A stretch of 64,000 nt of DNA, from NCBI GenBank assembly GCA_965224025.1, contig OZ245033.1:1536001-1600000 (forward strand), in the 5' to 3' direction. Under the pieces are notes generated by a model. It searched no databases. It was not told where the DNA came from and saw nothing but the letters and a program-made list of their open reading frames with translations. This document shows, in pieces, positions 1-10,370 of this stretch. Source of the DNA: Candidatus Multivorans sp. (GTDB lineage: Bacteria > Acidobacteriota > Thermoanaerobaculia > Multivoradales > Multivoraceae). How positions within the stretch are numbered: position 1 is the stretch's first letter; every line of letters starts with the position of its first letter. A program made the translations under genes and the position numbers.

Positions 1-394
1 CCTGCCGGGCTACGGGTACGCGCGGGTTTCGAAACGCGAGCGGGAGGCCTGGGGCCGGAACGTGGACCGGTACCTCCGGTCGGCTGCGGGCTTTGCCAGG
101 GTGGTGCTGCTGGTGGATGGTAAGGTCGCCGGCACACCACTCGACTCCGAAGCGTACGCGTACCTTCGCAGTCTGGAGTTCGATCCCGTGGTTGCGGTCA
201 CCAAGATCGACCGTGTCAAACGCGGGGCTCGGGCCCGAACCCTTGCCGAGGTTGCAGAGCTGTTGGGAATGCCGTCCGGGGCGGCGCTGTTTCCCGTGTC
301 GTCTCGAACCGGTGAAGGAGTCGCGCGGCTGCTCGGAACGTTGCTGAACCCGGAGTTCAGCCCCGGTGGCGCACCACAGATGCCGAGGACCTGA
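1..394 (+). CDS. engB: GTP-binding protein EngB/YihA (5' end outside window)
   Basis: Frame reads LPGYGYARV...VLLVDG...VTKIDRV...[10 protein letters not shown], i.e. G3-adjacent PGYGY, G4 TKxD and G5 SS motifs of YihA/EngB. Confidence 0.88.
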   Translation, partial: LPGYGYARVSKREREAWGRNVDRYLRSAAGFARVVLLVDGKVAGTPLDSEAYAYLRSLEFDPVVAVTKIDRVKRGARARTLAEVAELLGMPSGAALFPVSSRTGEGVARLLGTLLNPEFSPGGAPQMPRT

Positions 395-398
395 GAAG

Positions 399-1745
399 AT
401 GACGACGAACGGAACCCGGGAAGCGACGCGTAGTGGGAATGGAGGCGCGCGGGCGGCTGCCAGCGCCGAGCTGGCCTTCGACCTGAAGGCCCTGAAGGAG
501 TTGAGCAACCGCGACCTCCTCAAGCTGGCGCGCGAGCTGGATGTGGTGGGGGCGGCCGGCATGGCCAGGCAGGAGCTGAGCTTCAAGATCCTGGAGGCGC
601 AGACGGAGAAGAGCGGGCTGCTCTTCAGCGAGGGCGTGCTCGAATGCCTGAGCGACGGCTACGGCTTCCTGCGGGCCCCGGAGTACAGCTACCTGCCGGG
701 TCCGGATGACATCTACATCTCGCGCAGCCAGATCCGGCGGTTCGATCTGCGTACGGGGGACACGGTTTCCGGTCAGGTACGCCAGCCGATCAACAAGGGT
801 GAGCGCTACCTGGCTCTGATCAAGCTGGAGGCCGTCAACTTCGAGCATCCGGATGCTGTACGCCAGAAGATCTTCTTCGACAACCTGACTCCCCTGTACC
901 CGGATCAACGGCTCCGGCTGGAAGTTCCCGGCGACCTCTCCTCGCGAGTGACGGATCTGGTGGCGCCGATGGGCAAGGGCCAGCGCGCCCTGATCGTGGC
1001 GCCGCCGCGCACCGGCAAGACGATGTTGCTGCAGTCCCTGGCGCGCTCGATCGCGACCAACCACCCGGAAGTCGTGCTCGTCGTCCTGTTGATCGACGAG
1101 CGGCCCGAGGAAGTGACCGACATGGAGCGTTCGGTACTCGGAGAGGTCGTGTCGTCCACCTTCGATGAGCCCGCTTCGCGCCATACGCAGGTTGCGGAGA
1201 TGGTGATCGAGAAGGCCAAGCGGCTGGTCGAGTACGGCAAGGACGTGGTCATCCTGCTCGACTCCATCACGCGGTTGGCGCGCGCCTACAACACGGTGCA
1301 GCCCCCGTCGGGCAAGGTGCTGTCCGGCGGCATCGACGCCAACGCGCTGCAGCGGCCGAAGCGCTTCTTCGGCGCCGCCCGGAACATCGAGGGCGGCGGC
1401 TCGCTGACCATCGTCGCCACCGCGCTGATCGACACCGGCAGCCGGATGGACGACGTGATCTTCGAGGAGTTCAAGGGCACCGGCAACTCGGAGTTGCACC
1501 TCGACCGGAAGCTGGTCGACAAGCGGATCTTCCCGGCCATCGACATCGACAAGTCGGGCACGCGCAAGGAGGAACTCCTGCTGTCGCCGGACGAACTGCA
1601 ACGGGTCTGGGTGCTGCGCAAGGTGCTGAACCCGCTGCCGGTGGTGGAGAGCATGGAAGTCCTCCAGGAGCGGCTCAAGAACACGCCCTCGAACGCGGAC
1701 TTCCTGGCGGCCATGTCCCGAGGCGCGCGAGGAGCCGCGAACTGA
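399..1745 (+). CDS. rho: Transcription termination factor Rho
   Basis: DGYGFLR RNA-binding motif, [18 protein letters not shown]-loop, [24 protein letters not shown]; ATG at 399 chosen just after the engB stop. Confidence 0.97.
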   Translation: MTTNGTREATRSGNGGARAAASAELAFDLKALKELSNRDLLKLARELDVVGAAGMARQELSFKILEAQTEKSGLLFSEGVLECLSDGYGFLRAPEYSYLPGPDDIYISRSQIRRFDLRTGDTVSGQVRQPINKGERYLALIKLEAVNFEHPDAVRQKIFFDNLTPLYPDQRLRLEVPGDLSSRVTDLVAPMGKGQRALIVAPPRTGKTMLLQSLARSIATNHPEVVLVVLLIDERPEEVTDMERSVLGEVVSSTFDEPASRHTQVAEMVIEKAKRLVEYGKDVVILLDSITRLARAYNTVQPPSGKVLSGGIDANALQRPKRFFGAARNIEGGGSLTIVATALIDTGSRMDDVIFEEFKGTGNSELHLDRKLVDKRIFPAIDIDKSGTRKEELLLSPDELQRVWVLRKVLNPLPVVESMEVLQERLKNTPSNADFLAAMSRGARGAAN

Positions 1746-1771
1746 GTTCGCCGCTCCGGCCCCGCGTTGCC

Positions 1772-3049
1772 GTGCTGCCGACCGCGCCGTCCTCGGTGCT
1801 GGCCGACTACCACGAACTGCTGAACCTCGCGGGCTACCGCGAAGTCGTTGATCCCTCCGTCGACACGGCGCTCAAGATCAACATCTCCTGGCACTTCTTC
1901 TTCCCTGGCAGCTCGACCACGCCCTGGCAGCTCGAGGGCGTCGTGCGGGCGATGAAGAGCGACGGCTACGACCCCGGTCTGATCCACGGCTGTCACAACC
2001 GGACCGTGGTCATCGACGCCCGTCTCGGCGAGCGGGAGAACAGGCAGATCGACGTGATCAGGGCCCATGGCCTGCGCAACGTCCACCTCTACGAGGAGGG
2101 CGAGGAGTGGCTGGAGGTACGGGACGCCGTGGGCGATCTGACCGAGCGCTTCCTTTGCCTCAACGACGTCTACCCCCGGGGCTTCCACATTCCGGCGCGC
2201 TTCGTGGGCGAGAACATCATCCACCTGCCGACGGTGAAGACCCACGTCTTCACCACGACGACAGGCGCCATGAAGAACGCCTTCGGCGGCCTGCTCAACG
2301 AGCGGCGGCACTGGACCCATCCGGTGATCCACGAGACGCTGGTCGACCTGCTGATGATCCAGCAGCACATACACCGGGGCGTGTTCGCGGCCATGGACGG
2401 GACCTTTGCCGGGGACGGACCGGGCCCGCGCTGCATGATTCCCCGGATCGGCAACGTGATCCTGGCCAGCGCCGACCAGGTGGCCATCGATTCCGTGGCG
2501 GCGAAGCTGATGGGCTTCGATCCGCTACAGGTCCGGTACATCCGGCTCGCCCACGATCTCGGTCTGGGCTGCGGCGATCCGCGAGAGATCGAAGTCGTCG
2601 GTGATCCCGCGGTTGCCGGCAGGAGCTGGGGATTCGTGGGGCCGTTCCGGAAGATGACCTTTGCGGCGAGGATGCAGCACAAGATCTACTGGGGGCCGCT
2701 GCGGCGTCCGGTCGAGTGGTCGCTGCGCACCTTCCTGGCGCCCTGGGCCTATCTGGCGAGCGTTCTCTACCACGACTCGTTCTGGTATCCGTACAAGGCG
2801 AAGCGGCAGATGGCAGAGGTCCTGGCCAGTCCCTGGGGCCGTCTGTTCGCCGGCTGGGACAAGGCGAAGGCCGATGCGCGCGGCTATGCCGAGACCCCGG
2901 CCGCGCCGGCCGCTCTGTTTCGGACCGGCTGGCGCGCCTTCGTGACCTCGCTCGGCATTCTCTGGACCTGCCTGCGCGAAGCTCCCGAGTTGGCGGTGCG
3001 TCTGACCAGGCGCTCGGGCGCAACCGGCGTTCACGGTTCGGGTTCCTGA
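1772..3049 (+). CDS. DUF362 domain protein
   Basis: LKINISW...STTPWQLEGV, LPTVKTH...TTGAMKNAFG, DGTFAGDGPGP, SADQVAIDS pattern of DUF362; start uncertain. Confidence 0.75.
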   Translation: MLPTAPSSVLADYHELLNLAGYREVVDPSVDTALKINISWHFFFPGSSTTPWQLEGVVRAMKSDGYDPGLIHGCHNRTVVIDARLGERENRQIDVIRAHGLRNVHLYEEGEEWLEVRDAVGDLTERFLCLNDVYPRGFHIPARFVGENIIHLPTVKTHVFTTTTGAMKNAFGGLLNERRHWTHPVIHETLVDLLMIQQHIHRGVFAAMDGTFAGDGPGPRCMIPRIGNVILASADQVAIDSVAAKLMGFDPLQVRYIRLAHDLGLGCGDPREIEVVGDPAVAGRSWGFVGPFRKMTFAARMQHKIYWGPLRRPVEWSLRTFLAPWAYLASVLYHDSFWYPYKAKRQMAEVLASPWGRLFAGWDKAKADARGYAETPAAPAALFRTGWRAFVTSLGILWTCLREAPELAVRLTRRSGATGVHGSGS

Positions 3050-5301
3050 GCCGGCACGCTCAAGGTTCGATCGGCGGGCGGCCGTGGCGGGAAGCCGGCG
3101 CCGCGCTGGTTGTTGTGTTCGCCCTGGCGGCAACCGTCTTCCATGTGGGGACCTTCCATCACGGCGCCGCGGCGGCGTCCCAGGTCACGGGCGCGGTCCT
3201 GCTCCTGGTCCTTGTGTGCTGGGGAAGAAAGGCGTTTCGTGATCCCCTGGCGCTCGCAACGGTGCGGGCGCGTTGGTGGCCGGCGCTGCCGGCAGCGCTC
3301 TGGCTCTCGGTCGCGGCAAGCTGGCTTCTGTCTCCGGTCGGGCGCGCCGGGGAGTCGATGGTCATCTTCCTGTTGCCCGCGGCTTGGGCGGCGGCGGGAA
3401 TGGGACGCCTGCTCGGTCGGCCGGGGGCGCGGCGATGGGCTCTCGCCGGTTGTGCGGCCGTCGCCGTGGCGGCGTCGATCTGGGCCCTGATCCAGCAGCC
3501 GCTGCACGAACAGGGCCGGGCGGCGCTGCCGATCGGCCATCACAACCAGTTGGCTCTGGTCCTCGTTGCGCTGTTGCCGCCGGCGGTGCTCGGCGCCTGG
3601 CGTCTGCCGTGGCCGGGCGGCTCGCGGGCGCGCTGGACCGCGGCGGTCCTCGTGGGCGCCATCCTGATCTGGACCCTGAGCGCCACGGGCGCCATGTCGG
3701 GTTTGCTGGCGCTGGCGCTTCAGGTCGGCGCGGCAGCGGCATGGACCCTGTGGCTGACGGGCGCTCGGAAGTGGCTGGTCCGGATCGGCGCCGTCCTGGT
3801 CCTCGTCGCCGCGCTGATGCTGACCGCGAGCTGGGCGGTTTCGCGGCTTGAAGTACCCGGCCCGGTCCAGCGCCTGGGAGCGGTGCTGCGGCTCGAAGAC
3901 CCGTCCCTGCTGTCGCGACGAACCTACGCCGCCGCGGCGAAGGACGGCTTCGCCGAGCGGCCGATCCTGGGCTGGGGTCCCGGCTCGTCGAGCTGGACCC
4001 TCGCCCGCCACTGGCGGCCGGCGCCCGGCGTGCATCCTCCCGGCGAAGTGATCACCGATGCCCACAGCCTTCTGGCGCAGGCTCCGTACGAACTGGGGGT
4101 GATCGGTTCGCTGTTGCTGCTGGCCGTGATCCTTCGCTACGGCCAGCGACGGCTGGTCGAACTCATCCGGTTGCCGGCGCTTCGCGAGGATCCGGCCGCC
4201 GTCGACCTGCCCGTGGGCGGCTCCGGGAGGGAGGCCGGGTCCAGGGATCTGGTCAACGATCCGGAACTCCTGGCGGCGGCGATGCTCGGTTTGCTGGGTA
4301 CGGGAATCTGCCTGATGTTCGGGGTCTTCGTTGGTGTTGTGGCGGTGCCCGCCGCACTGATTCTGAACCTGGGATTGGCCGCGGCAGCGCGCGGTGCGGG
4401 GACCGGTGCAGAGGGCCTGCCCATGAAGTGGCCATGGCCGCGGGCTCGCGTTGTCGTGTTCCTCTGGTTGGCCGCGGCATTGGCTTGGTCACTGGAGCGG
4501 GCCTGGGCGGCGAGGTCCTACGAACGCGCGATCGGGGCCGCCAGCGCCGAGATCGGTGCGGCGGGATTCTCCGACGGTGTGGCGACCGAGGCCCTGGACG
4601 GCGACCCGTCGGAGGAAGCGATGGTCCACCTTCGGGCGGCGGTGGCGGCGGATCCGCGTTTTCCGCTCTACCACGTACGCCTGGATCCTTGGGCGGCCGC
4701 CAGGGCCGCCGACGGGCTCGCGCCGCTCTGGTTGCTGGCCGGCATAGTGGAGAGCGAGGACACCGAACGGAGACGGGAGGCCCTGGAGCGGGCCTGTGAC
4801 CTCGATCCGCTGTCGGCGCTTGCGCCCTTCGAACTGATGCGCCTGGAACGCGAGGCGGGCGCCGGGGCGGAGGAACCGCGGGTTGCGGAACGGGCGGCGC
4901 GGGCGATCCTCGCCGAGCCGCTGCTTCTGGCGGCGGTCGCCTTCGAGGGAGACCCCGATCTGCGGGGTGAGGTCCATCGCCGGATCCGGGTCTGGCCGGG
5001 CCTGCCGCCGGGCTGGTCCGAGTCCTTCGAGGAGTTGTGGCTGGGGTTGGATTGGTCGAACGGAGCTGAAGGTCCGCCGCGGGATGTGCTCTCCATCGAC
5101 GCCGACGGCCGGGCGGCGGTCTCCTTCAGTCTGTTCGCCTTCCGCCGTCCGCCGTGGCCGCTCTCCATCGGCGCCGTGCCGCTCCGCAGCCACCGCCTCG
5201 AGGCGATCGCCGCCCACGACCTGCCGGCCGCGACCCGGTTGCCCCAGACTGCGCCGAATCCGTTCTGGAGCGCGCGCTGCGGGCTGGGCGAGGAGGCCTA
5301 A
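3046..5301 (+). CDS. O-antigen ligase (WaaL)-like polytopic membrane protein with C-terminal TPR-like region
   Basis: Many hydrophobic segments, PIGHHNQLA, RPILGWGPGS...DAHSLLAQAPYELGVIG motifs; true start uncertain (after the DUF362 stop). Confidence 0.7.
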   Translation: MSRHAQGSIGGRPWREAGAALVVVFALAATVFHVGTFHHGAAAASQVTGAVLLLVLVCWGRKAFRDPLALATVRARWWPALPAALWLSVAASWLLSPVGRAGESMVIFLLPAAWAAAGMGRLLGRPGARRWALAGCAAVAVAASIWALIQQPLHEQGRAALPIGHHNQLALVLVALLPPAVLGAWRLPWPGGSRARWTAAVLVGAILIWTLSATGAMSGLLALALQVGAAAAWTLWLTGARKWLVRIGAVLVLVAALMLTASWAVSRLEVPGPVQRLGAVLRLEDPSLLSRRTYAAAAKDGFAERPILGWGPGSSSWTLARHWRPAPGVHPPGEVITDAHSLLAQAPYELGVIGSLLLLAVILRYGQRRLVELIRLPALREDPAAVDLPVGGSGREAGSRDLVNDPELLAAAMLGLLGTGICLMFGVFVGVVAVPAALILNLGLAAAARGAGTGAEGLPMKWPWPRARVVVFLWLAAALAWSLERAWAARSYERAIGAASAEIGAAGFSDGVATEALDGDPSEEAMVHLRAAVAADPRFPLYHVRLDPWAAARAADGLAPLWLLAGIVESEDTERRREALERACDLDPLSALAPFELMRLEREAGAGAEEPRVAERAARAILAEPLLLAAVAFEGDPDLRGEVHRRIRVWPGLPPGWSESFEELWLGLDWSNGAEGPPRDVLSIDADGRAAVSFSLFAFRRPPWPLSIGAVPLRSHRLEAIAAHDLPAATRLPQTAPNPFWSARCGLGEEA

Positions 5302-5309
5302 AGCGGCCC

Positions 5310-5978
5310 TCAGGCGGCCCCGGTGGTCCTGGCGTCGGTCGCGACGACGCGGTTGCGGCCGGCTCTCTTCGCCGCGTACATCGCATCGTCGGCCTGACGC
5401 AGCAGCCGCGTGGCGGCGCCTTCCTCGGAGTCGGCCCGGTTGAGGGTGGCGGCGAGGCGGAGCAGGCTGGCGGCGCCGATGGAGCAGGTCAGGTTGACCA
5501 CGGGTCGAGAGCCGGGCGCCGGGTCACTGGAGAAGAGGGTCGACGCCACATCGCTGCGTAGGCGCTTGGCTCGACCGAACGCCTGGTCGAGGTCGATTCC
5601 GGGCAGCACCAGCACGAACTCGTCGCCGCCGTAGCGCGCGGCGAAGCCGCCCGCATCGGCGGCGGCCGTGTCGAGCAGCGTCGCGACCTGACGGAGGATG
5701 CGGCTGCCGGCCTGGTGACCGTGCCGGTCGTTGACCCGCTTGAAGTAGTCGAGGTCGAGGAACAGCAGGCCGACATCCTCGCCTCGCTGCTCGGCATCGG
5801 CTATTGCCGTCGAGAGAGCGTCGTGGAGAGCGCGGCCGTCGGAGAGACCGGTCAGACTGTCCCGCCCCTGAGCCGACGCCTCGCGGCGAGCAACGACCAC
5901 TCTTCGCAGCGCGACGGCTGCCTGAGCCGCCAGCGTTCGGGCCGCCGCGTCAGGCGGGGACATCGGAGATTCGCTCAT
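5310..5978 (-). CDS. Stand-alone GGDEF diguanylate cyclase
   Basis: DSLTGL, FLDLDYFKRVNDRHGHQAG, ARYGGDEF, ADDAMYAAKRAGRN. Confidence 0.9.
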   Translation of the reverse strand: MSESPMSPPDAAARTLAAQAAVALRRVVVARREASAQGRDSLTGLSDGRALHDALSTAIADAEQRGEDVGLLFLDLDYFKRVNDRHGHQAGSRILRQVATLLDTAAADAGGFAARYGGDEFVLVLPGIDLDQAFGRAKRLRSDVASTLFSSDPAPGSRPVVNLTCSIGAASLLRLAATLNRADSEEGAATRLLRQADDAMYAAKRAGRNRVVATDARTTGAA

Positions 5979-6039
5979 GCCGGCTCCTGAACTGCGCATT
6001 GGACGCCAAGAACGGCGCGCGGGTGTGGGCGATGAGCTT

Positions 6040-6470
6040 ATGCCCTCCGTCTACCCGGGCCAGGCTGGTACCGTGCAGGCTGGTGACTCGGCCGCTCAGA
6101 GGCGTTCCCCCACTCCAGAGGTCCCTGGGCCGGGACCATCTTCGGCATTCCGGGTCCGCGGCGCCGGCCGTCGACTTTCCGAACGTTGCCGGTCGCAGCG
6201 TCGTCCAGTGCCTTCGTGGGACTGGAGCGGGTCGCCCCGCCGGTCGACGAGACGGAGTGGTCCGCCTTTGCCGGCTTCGTGCGCACTGCCTTCAGCCAGC
6301 GCCGCGAGACGCTGCTCAACAACTTCCGGCCGACCGTGGGTCGGGCAACCGCCGAAGCGGCGCTCGCGGCACTGGACCTGCCGCGCAACATTCGGGCCGA
6401 GGGCCTTGGCCTGCCTGAGTTCGTTGCGCTCTTCCGCGAGATGAAGCACGCTCGTCGGGAGTCGTACTAG
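6040..6470 (+). pseudogene. rsmA: Internally deleted, diverged copy of rsmA
   Basis: 6040-6204 aligns to 9376-9542 and 6205-6446 aligns to 9968-10209; about 425 bp including the SAM-binding and NLPY motifs is missing. Confidence 0.9.
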
Positions 6471-6630
6471 AAATCACTCAGTCGGCCCCCAGCTTGCGCG
6501 AGCCGGCTCGCGGCAGGCACACTCGCGGTTCACACGAAACAGCTCAAGGACGGAACGGATGCTGGAACTTGGTCTTGAAGGCAAGGTGGCGACACCCGTC
6601 CTGATCCGGCAAGCCTCTCAGGAACTCCGC

Positions 6631-6662
6631 CCTTCAGGCTCATCTCCGGATTGGAAAAGACT
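6631..6662 (+). mobile_element. Orphan IS terminus similar to the end of the rve/IS481-like element at 26690
   Basis: CTTCAGGCTCATCTCCGGATTGGAAAAGACT resembles the reverse complement of 26689-26720 (CTCCACGCTCATTTTCTCTATTGGAAAACACT). Confidence 0.55.
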
Positions 6663-6730
6663 TGCCGCCAGGGAATAGCGCGGCATACGGGCTGCCGACC
6701 GGCCGCCACATTCTCGACCCGGCCGCGACT

Positions 6731-9318
6731 TCACCGGTGTTGCGCTGCACTTCCTCCGAGCACCACGTAGGTAGTCAAGCCGGAATCCACGGTGGCCGCT
6801 CCCGTCAATCCAGGCCAAGCGGCAGCTTCGACGCTCCAGGACCCCTGCGGTACGCGGTCGAACCGGAACTCACCGACCGAGTCGGCGTATGTCCGGTGCA
6901 CGAGGTCAAACCGGTGCGCCTCGTAGCGGGTCACTTCGTTTGGCCAGATCAGCACCTCCGCGCCCGCGGCCGGCGACTTCGTGCCGGCCGTATCGACCCT
7001 GCCCCGGATCACGCCGCTCCGGAGCTCTATCGCGAGGTATTCGTCGCCCCGCACCGACACTTCCCGAACGCCAGCGCCGACACCCAGGAGGTAGCGACCT
7101 CGATCCAAATCGCCGAAGGCGAAGGAACCGTCGAATCCGGTCCACGTCCGGCGCGCGGAAGTCCAATCGGCCCCCTCGATCAGCACCACCTGGTTCGTCC
7201 GAAAGGGCAAGCCATCGAGCAGGACCACGCCTTCCACCTTGAACCGGCGTTCGAAGCGAAGGACGACATCCACGTCCCCACCGCCGGTCAGCACTCGTCG
7301 ATCCGCTCGCCGCTCACTGCCACCGACCGTAGCGACCACCACCCACAAGCCGGCGGTGACATCTCCGATCTCGAACCGACCGTCTCCGCCGACCTCGGCC
7401 ACGCGATGGTCGAACTCATCCGCGTTCACCGCCTCGACAAGCAGGCGGTCGAGCTCATCGGCGCCCAAGCCTTCGACGCGACCAGTGAGCCGCGAACCGC
7501 GACGAAGACGGATATCCGCATTCGACAAGGGGCCCGCGACCCGCAACCGGCTCAGCGCGCGGCCCCCCCCTCCCTGCTCAGGTCGCGCGGATACCACGTG
7601 CTCGCCTTCCTCCAACTCCACCTCGAACGAGCCGTCGTACTCCACGCGTGCCGTCGCTCCAGTGCGCATGTCGAACGAGGACCTGAACAGCAGTCACCGT
7701 TCCAGACGGCTGTGCCGTCGTTCCAGGTAGCACGTCCCGCCACCCGGAACCGCGAGATGTCAAAGTCGACCCGCCTGGAAGGACCGTCTATTCGAACCTT
7801 GCGGGTCCGCGGCATGTATCCGTTGTCCGGCTGCACCCAGACGACGTGGGGACCGGAACTCAGTCCCTCGAACCGGTACTCGCCAGTCACGGCAGTGCTC
7901 GCGCTCCGGCTGCCCACCTGAACCGCGATGCCGCGGACTCCCGCGCCGCCAGCGGTCACGCGTCCATGGAGGATCCGATCCTGGTCCTCCGGTTCAAGTT
8001 CAATGTCGAGTTCCAGTTTCTCGCCCGTAACCGCCGTCAACGACCTTCGCCACCGCTTGAGTCCGGCATCCTCAGACCCGGTCACCGAGTACCGACCCGG
8101 CGCCAAGTCTTCGAAGGAGAACGATCCGTTGGGGTCCAGAAGGGCCCTCATCTCCGTTTCGCCCGTCTGAGATCGTAGGCTGGCTCCACCGCGAGCCGGT
8201 TGGCCGCCACTACGCACCCGGCCCGCGATGGAAGCTCCTCGCCGCAGGACCACGTCGACCGGCCGTTCGGCCGACAACCGCTCGACCACCGTCGGGACGA
8301 ACCCGGGGGCGCCCACCAACAAATCGACTCTCGCGCCCTCTGGCAGCCCCTCGATCTGGAACTCGCCCTGTTCGTCGCTGCTCAACTCCAGCGCATTCCG
8401 GAATCGGTGGCTCACACCATCACGCGTCCCGAGCGCTCCGCGGCTCTTCGAGCCTGCCACTCGGATCCGCGCTCCGGCGACGGGCTGGCCCGATTCAGCC
8501 AACACCACACCTCCGAGACTGAGCCCGCGAGTCAGTTCCACGACACCCACGTCAAGCCCCCCGTTCCCGACTTCGACACTTCGCAGTTGAAGCTGGGCCA
8601 TGCCGCCGGCACGAACCAGAATGTCCCAGCTTCCGGGCCAGGCGGACACTTCGAACAAACCGTCAGCCCGAGAGCGGCCGCTCCGAACGCGCCCGAACGG
8701 GCCGTCGGCGCCATCAGGGACCGGGCCGAGAATCAGCGGCCGCCTCTCAGAGACGAAACGCCCGACACTGACTTCGGCCCCGCTCAGGGGCACGCCGCTG
8801 TTCCCGTCCACTACCTGGCCCGTCACGGCGGCCCCCCGGTCAAGCCGAATCCGGAGGCCATCCTCGTTTGCAAAGGACTCGACCGGCTGACGGCCCACGG
8901 GAAGGTAGCCGAGCCGCGTCGCGCGAAGTCCGGCGAAGTCGAAGACCGATGCGTTGATTCTCGCCCCCACTCGATCGGTCGCGAACCGGCCATTCGCATC
9001 GGAACGCAGCAGCAGTAGCGAGGCGCCGGGGGCGCCCGGGACGTCGCCCCGAATGACCGTTGGAGAACTCCGGGTGTCCACGAGAGAGTTTTCTGCCGAC
9101 TCCATCCAGTCGATGAGAATCTCGGCGTCGGTTACGGGTTGGCCCCCGCTGTCCACTACCGATCCACGTATTTTGCGCGCCGGCCGGAGGGTCGGGCAGG
9201 GTGAGGCGCCGTGATCCGCAAGTCCGTTCCCGGGAGCTTTGAGGAGTCCGTCAGTGCAGCGAGCGTAACCGTAGCCAGCAGCCGCAAACCAGAGCGCCTC
9301 TCCTTCGAGGAGTTCCAC
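6731..9318 (-). pseudogene. Carboxypeptidase-regulatory-like repeat protein, 5'-truncated, frameshift near 7694
   Basis: Repeated IxGxVvD..G.PvaGA.V / tDa.G.F.f.gL..G.Y modules across ORFs 7552-9318 and 6731-7669, joined by a 1-nt shift; no signal peptide. Confidence 0.75.
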
Positions 9319-9420
9319 AGCGTAGGCGCTGACTTCACGGTGACTTTGGAATGGTCCTGAGTGGCTCAGCTGCCCATGCCCTCCGTTCCCTTGGGCGCGA
9401 GGCTGCTACCGTGCAGGCCG

Positions 9421-10287
9421 GTGACTCGGCCGCGCAGAGGCGTTCCCCCGCTCCGGAGGTCCCTGGGCCAGCATCATCTTCGGCATCCCGGGTCCGCGGC
9501 TGCGGCCGTCGACTTTCTGAACATCGCCGGTCGCAGCGTAGTGGAGATCGGCCCCGGCGGCGGTGTGCTCACCCGCCTGCTCCTGGAACGCGGCGCGAGC
9601 CGCGTGGTTGCCTGCGAACTCGACCTGCTGTGGACGATGGAGCTGCGCCGCCGGATCGTGGATCCGCGCCTGGTCCTGATCGCCGGCGACGGCTGCGATC
9701 TTCGCTACGAGAGAGCGCCTGCGTCGACCCGGATCGCCGGCAACCTGCCGTACAACGTGGCGACCCGGATCGTTCTCGCCGTCCTCGAGAGGGCGCCGTT
9801 TGGCGCCCGGGCGGCGTTCCTGGTGCAGCGCGAGGTCGCGGACCGGCTGGCGGCGGCACCGGGCGATTCCGACTACGGAGGATTGAGCGTCCTGGCCGCT
9901 GCGCGGGCCACGGTGCGCCGGCTGTCGGTCGTCCTGCCCGGTAGTTTCGTGCCGCCGCCCGCCGTGACCAGCGCGTTCGTGGGACTGGAGCGTGTCGCCC
10001 CGCCGGTCGACGAGACTGAGTGGTCCGCGTTTGCCGGCTTCGTGCGCACCGCCTTCAGCCAGCGTCGCAAGACGCTGCTGAACAACTTCCGGTCGAGCGT
10101 CGGCCGGCCTGCCGCCGCAGCAGCGCTCGCGGCGCTGGACTTGCCGCCCAAGGCGCGGGCCGAGAGTCTGGGCCTGTCCGAGTTCGTTGGCTTGTTCCGC
10201 GAAATGAAGTCCAACCGGCGCCCGGGCTCGGCGAGGACCGCACCTACGGCGACCTCGGGCAGGAGAGGTCAGGCGGAGCACGCATGA
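9421..10287 (+). CDS. rsmA: 16S rRNA dimethyladenosine transferase RsmA/KsgA
   Basis: SLGQHHL, VVEIGPGGGVLT, IAGNLPYNVAT, LVQREVADRL, FSQRRKTLLN; start could be 9361, 9376 or 9421. Confidence 0.93.
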   Translation: MTRPRRGVPPLRRSLGQHHLRHPGSAAAAVDFLNIAGRSVVEIGPGGGVLTRLLLERGASRVVACELDLLWTMELRRRIVDPRLVLIAGDGCDLRYERAPASTRIAGNLPYNVATRIVLAVLERAPFGARAAFLVQREVADRLAAAPGDSDYGGLSVLAAARATVRRLSVVLPGSFVPPPAVTSAFVGLERVAPPVDETEWSAFAGFVRTAFSQRRKTLLNNFRSSVGRPAAAAALAALDLPPKARAESLGLSEFVGLFREMKSNRRPGSARTAPTATSGRRGQAEHA

Positions 10288-10370
10288 GCAACGCATGAAC
10301 AACCGCATATAGCCATATTCGACTGAATGGGCTACAATCGTGTGCCCGTGCATGTTCCCGTCATGACTGG

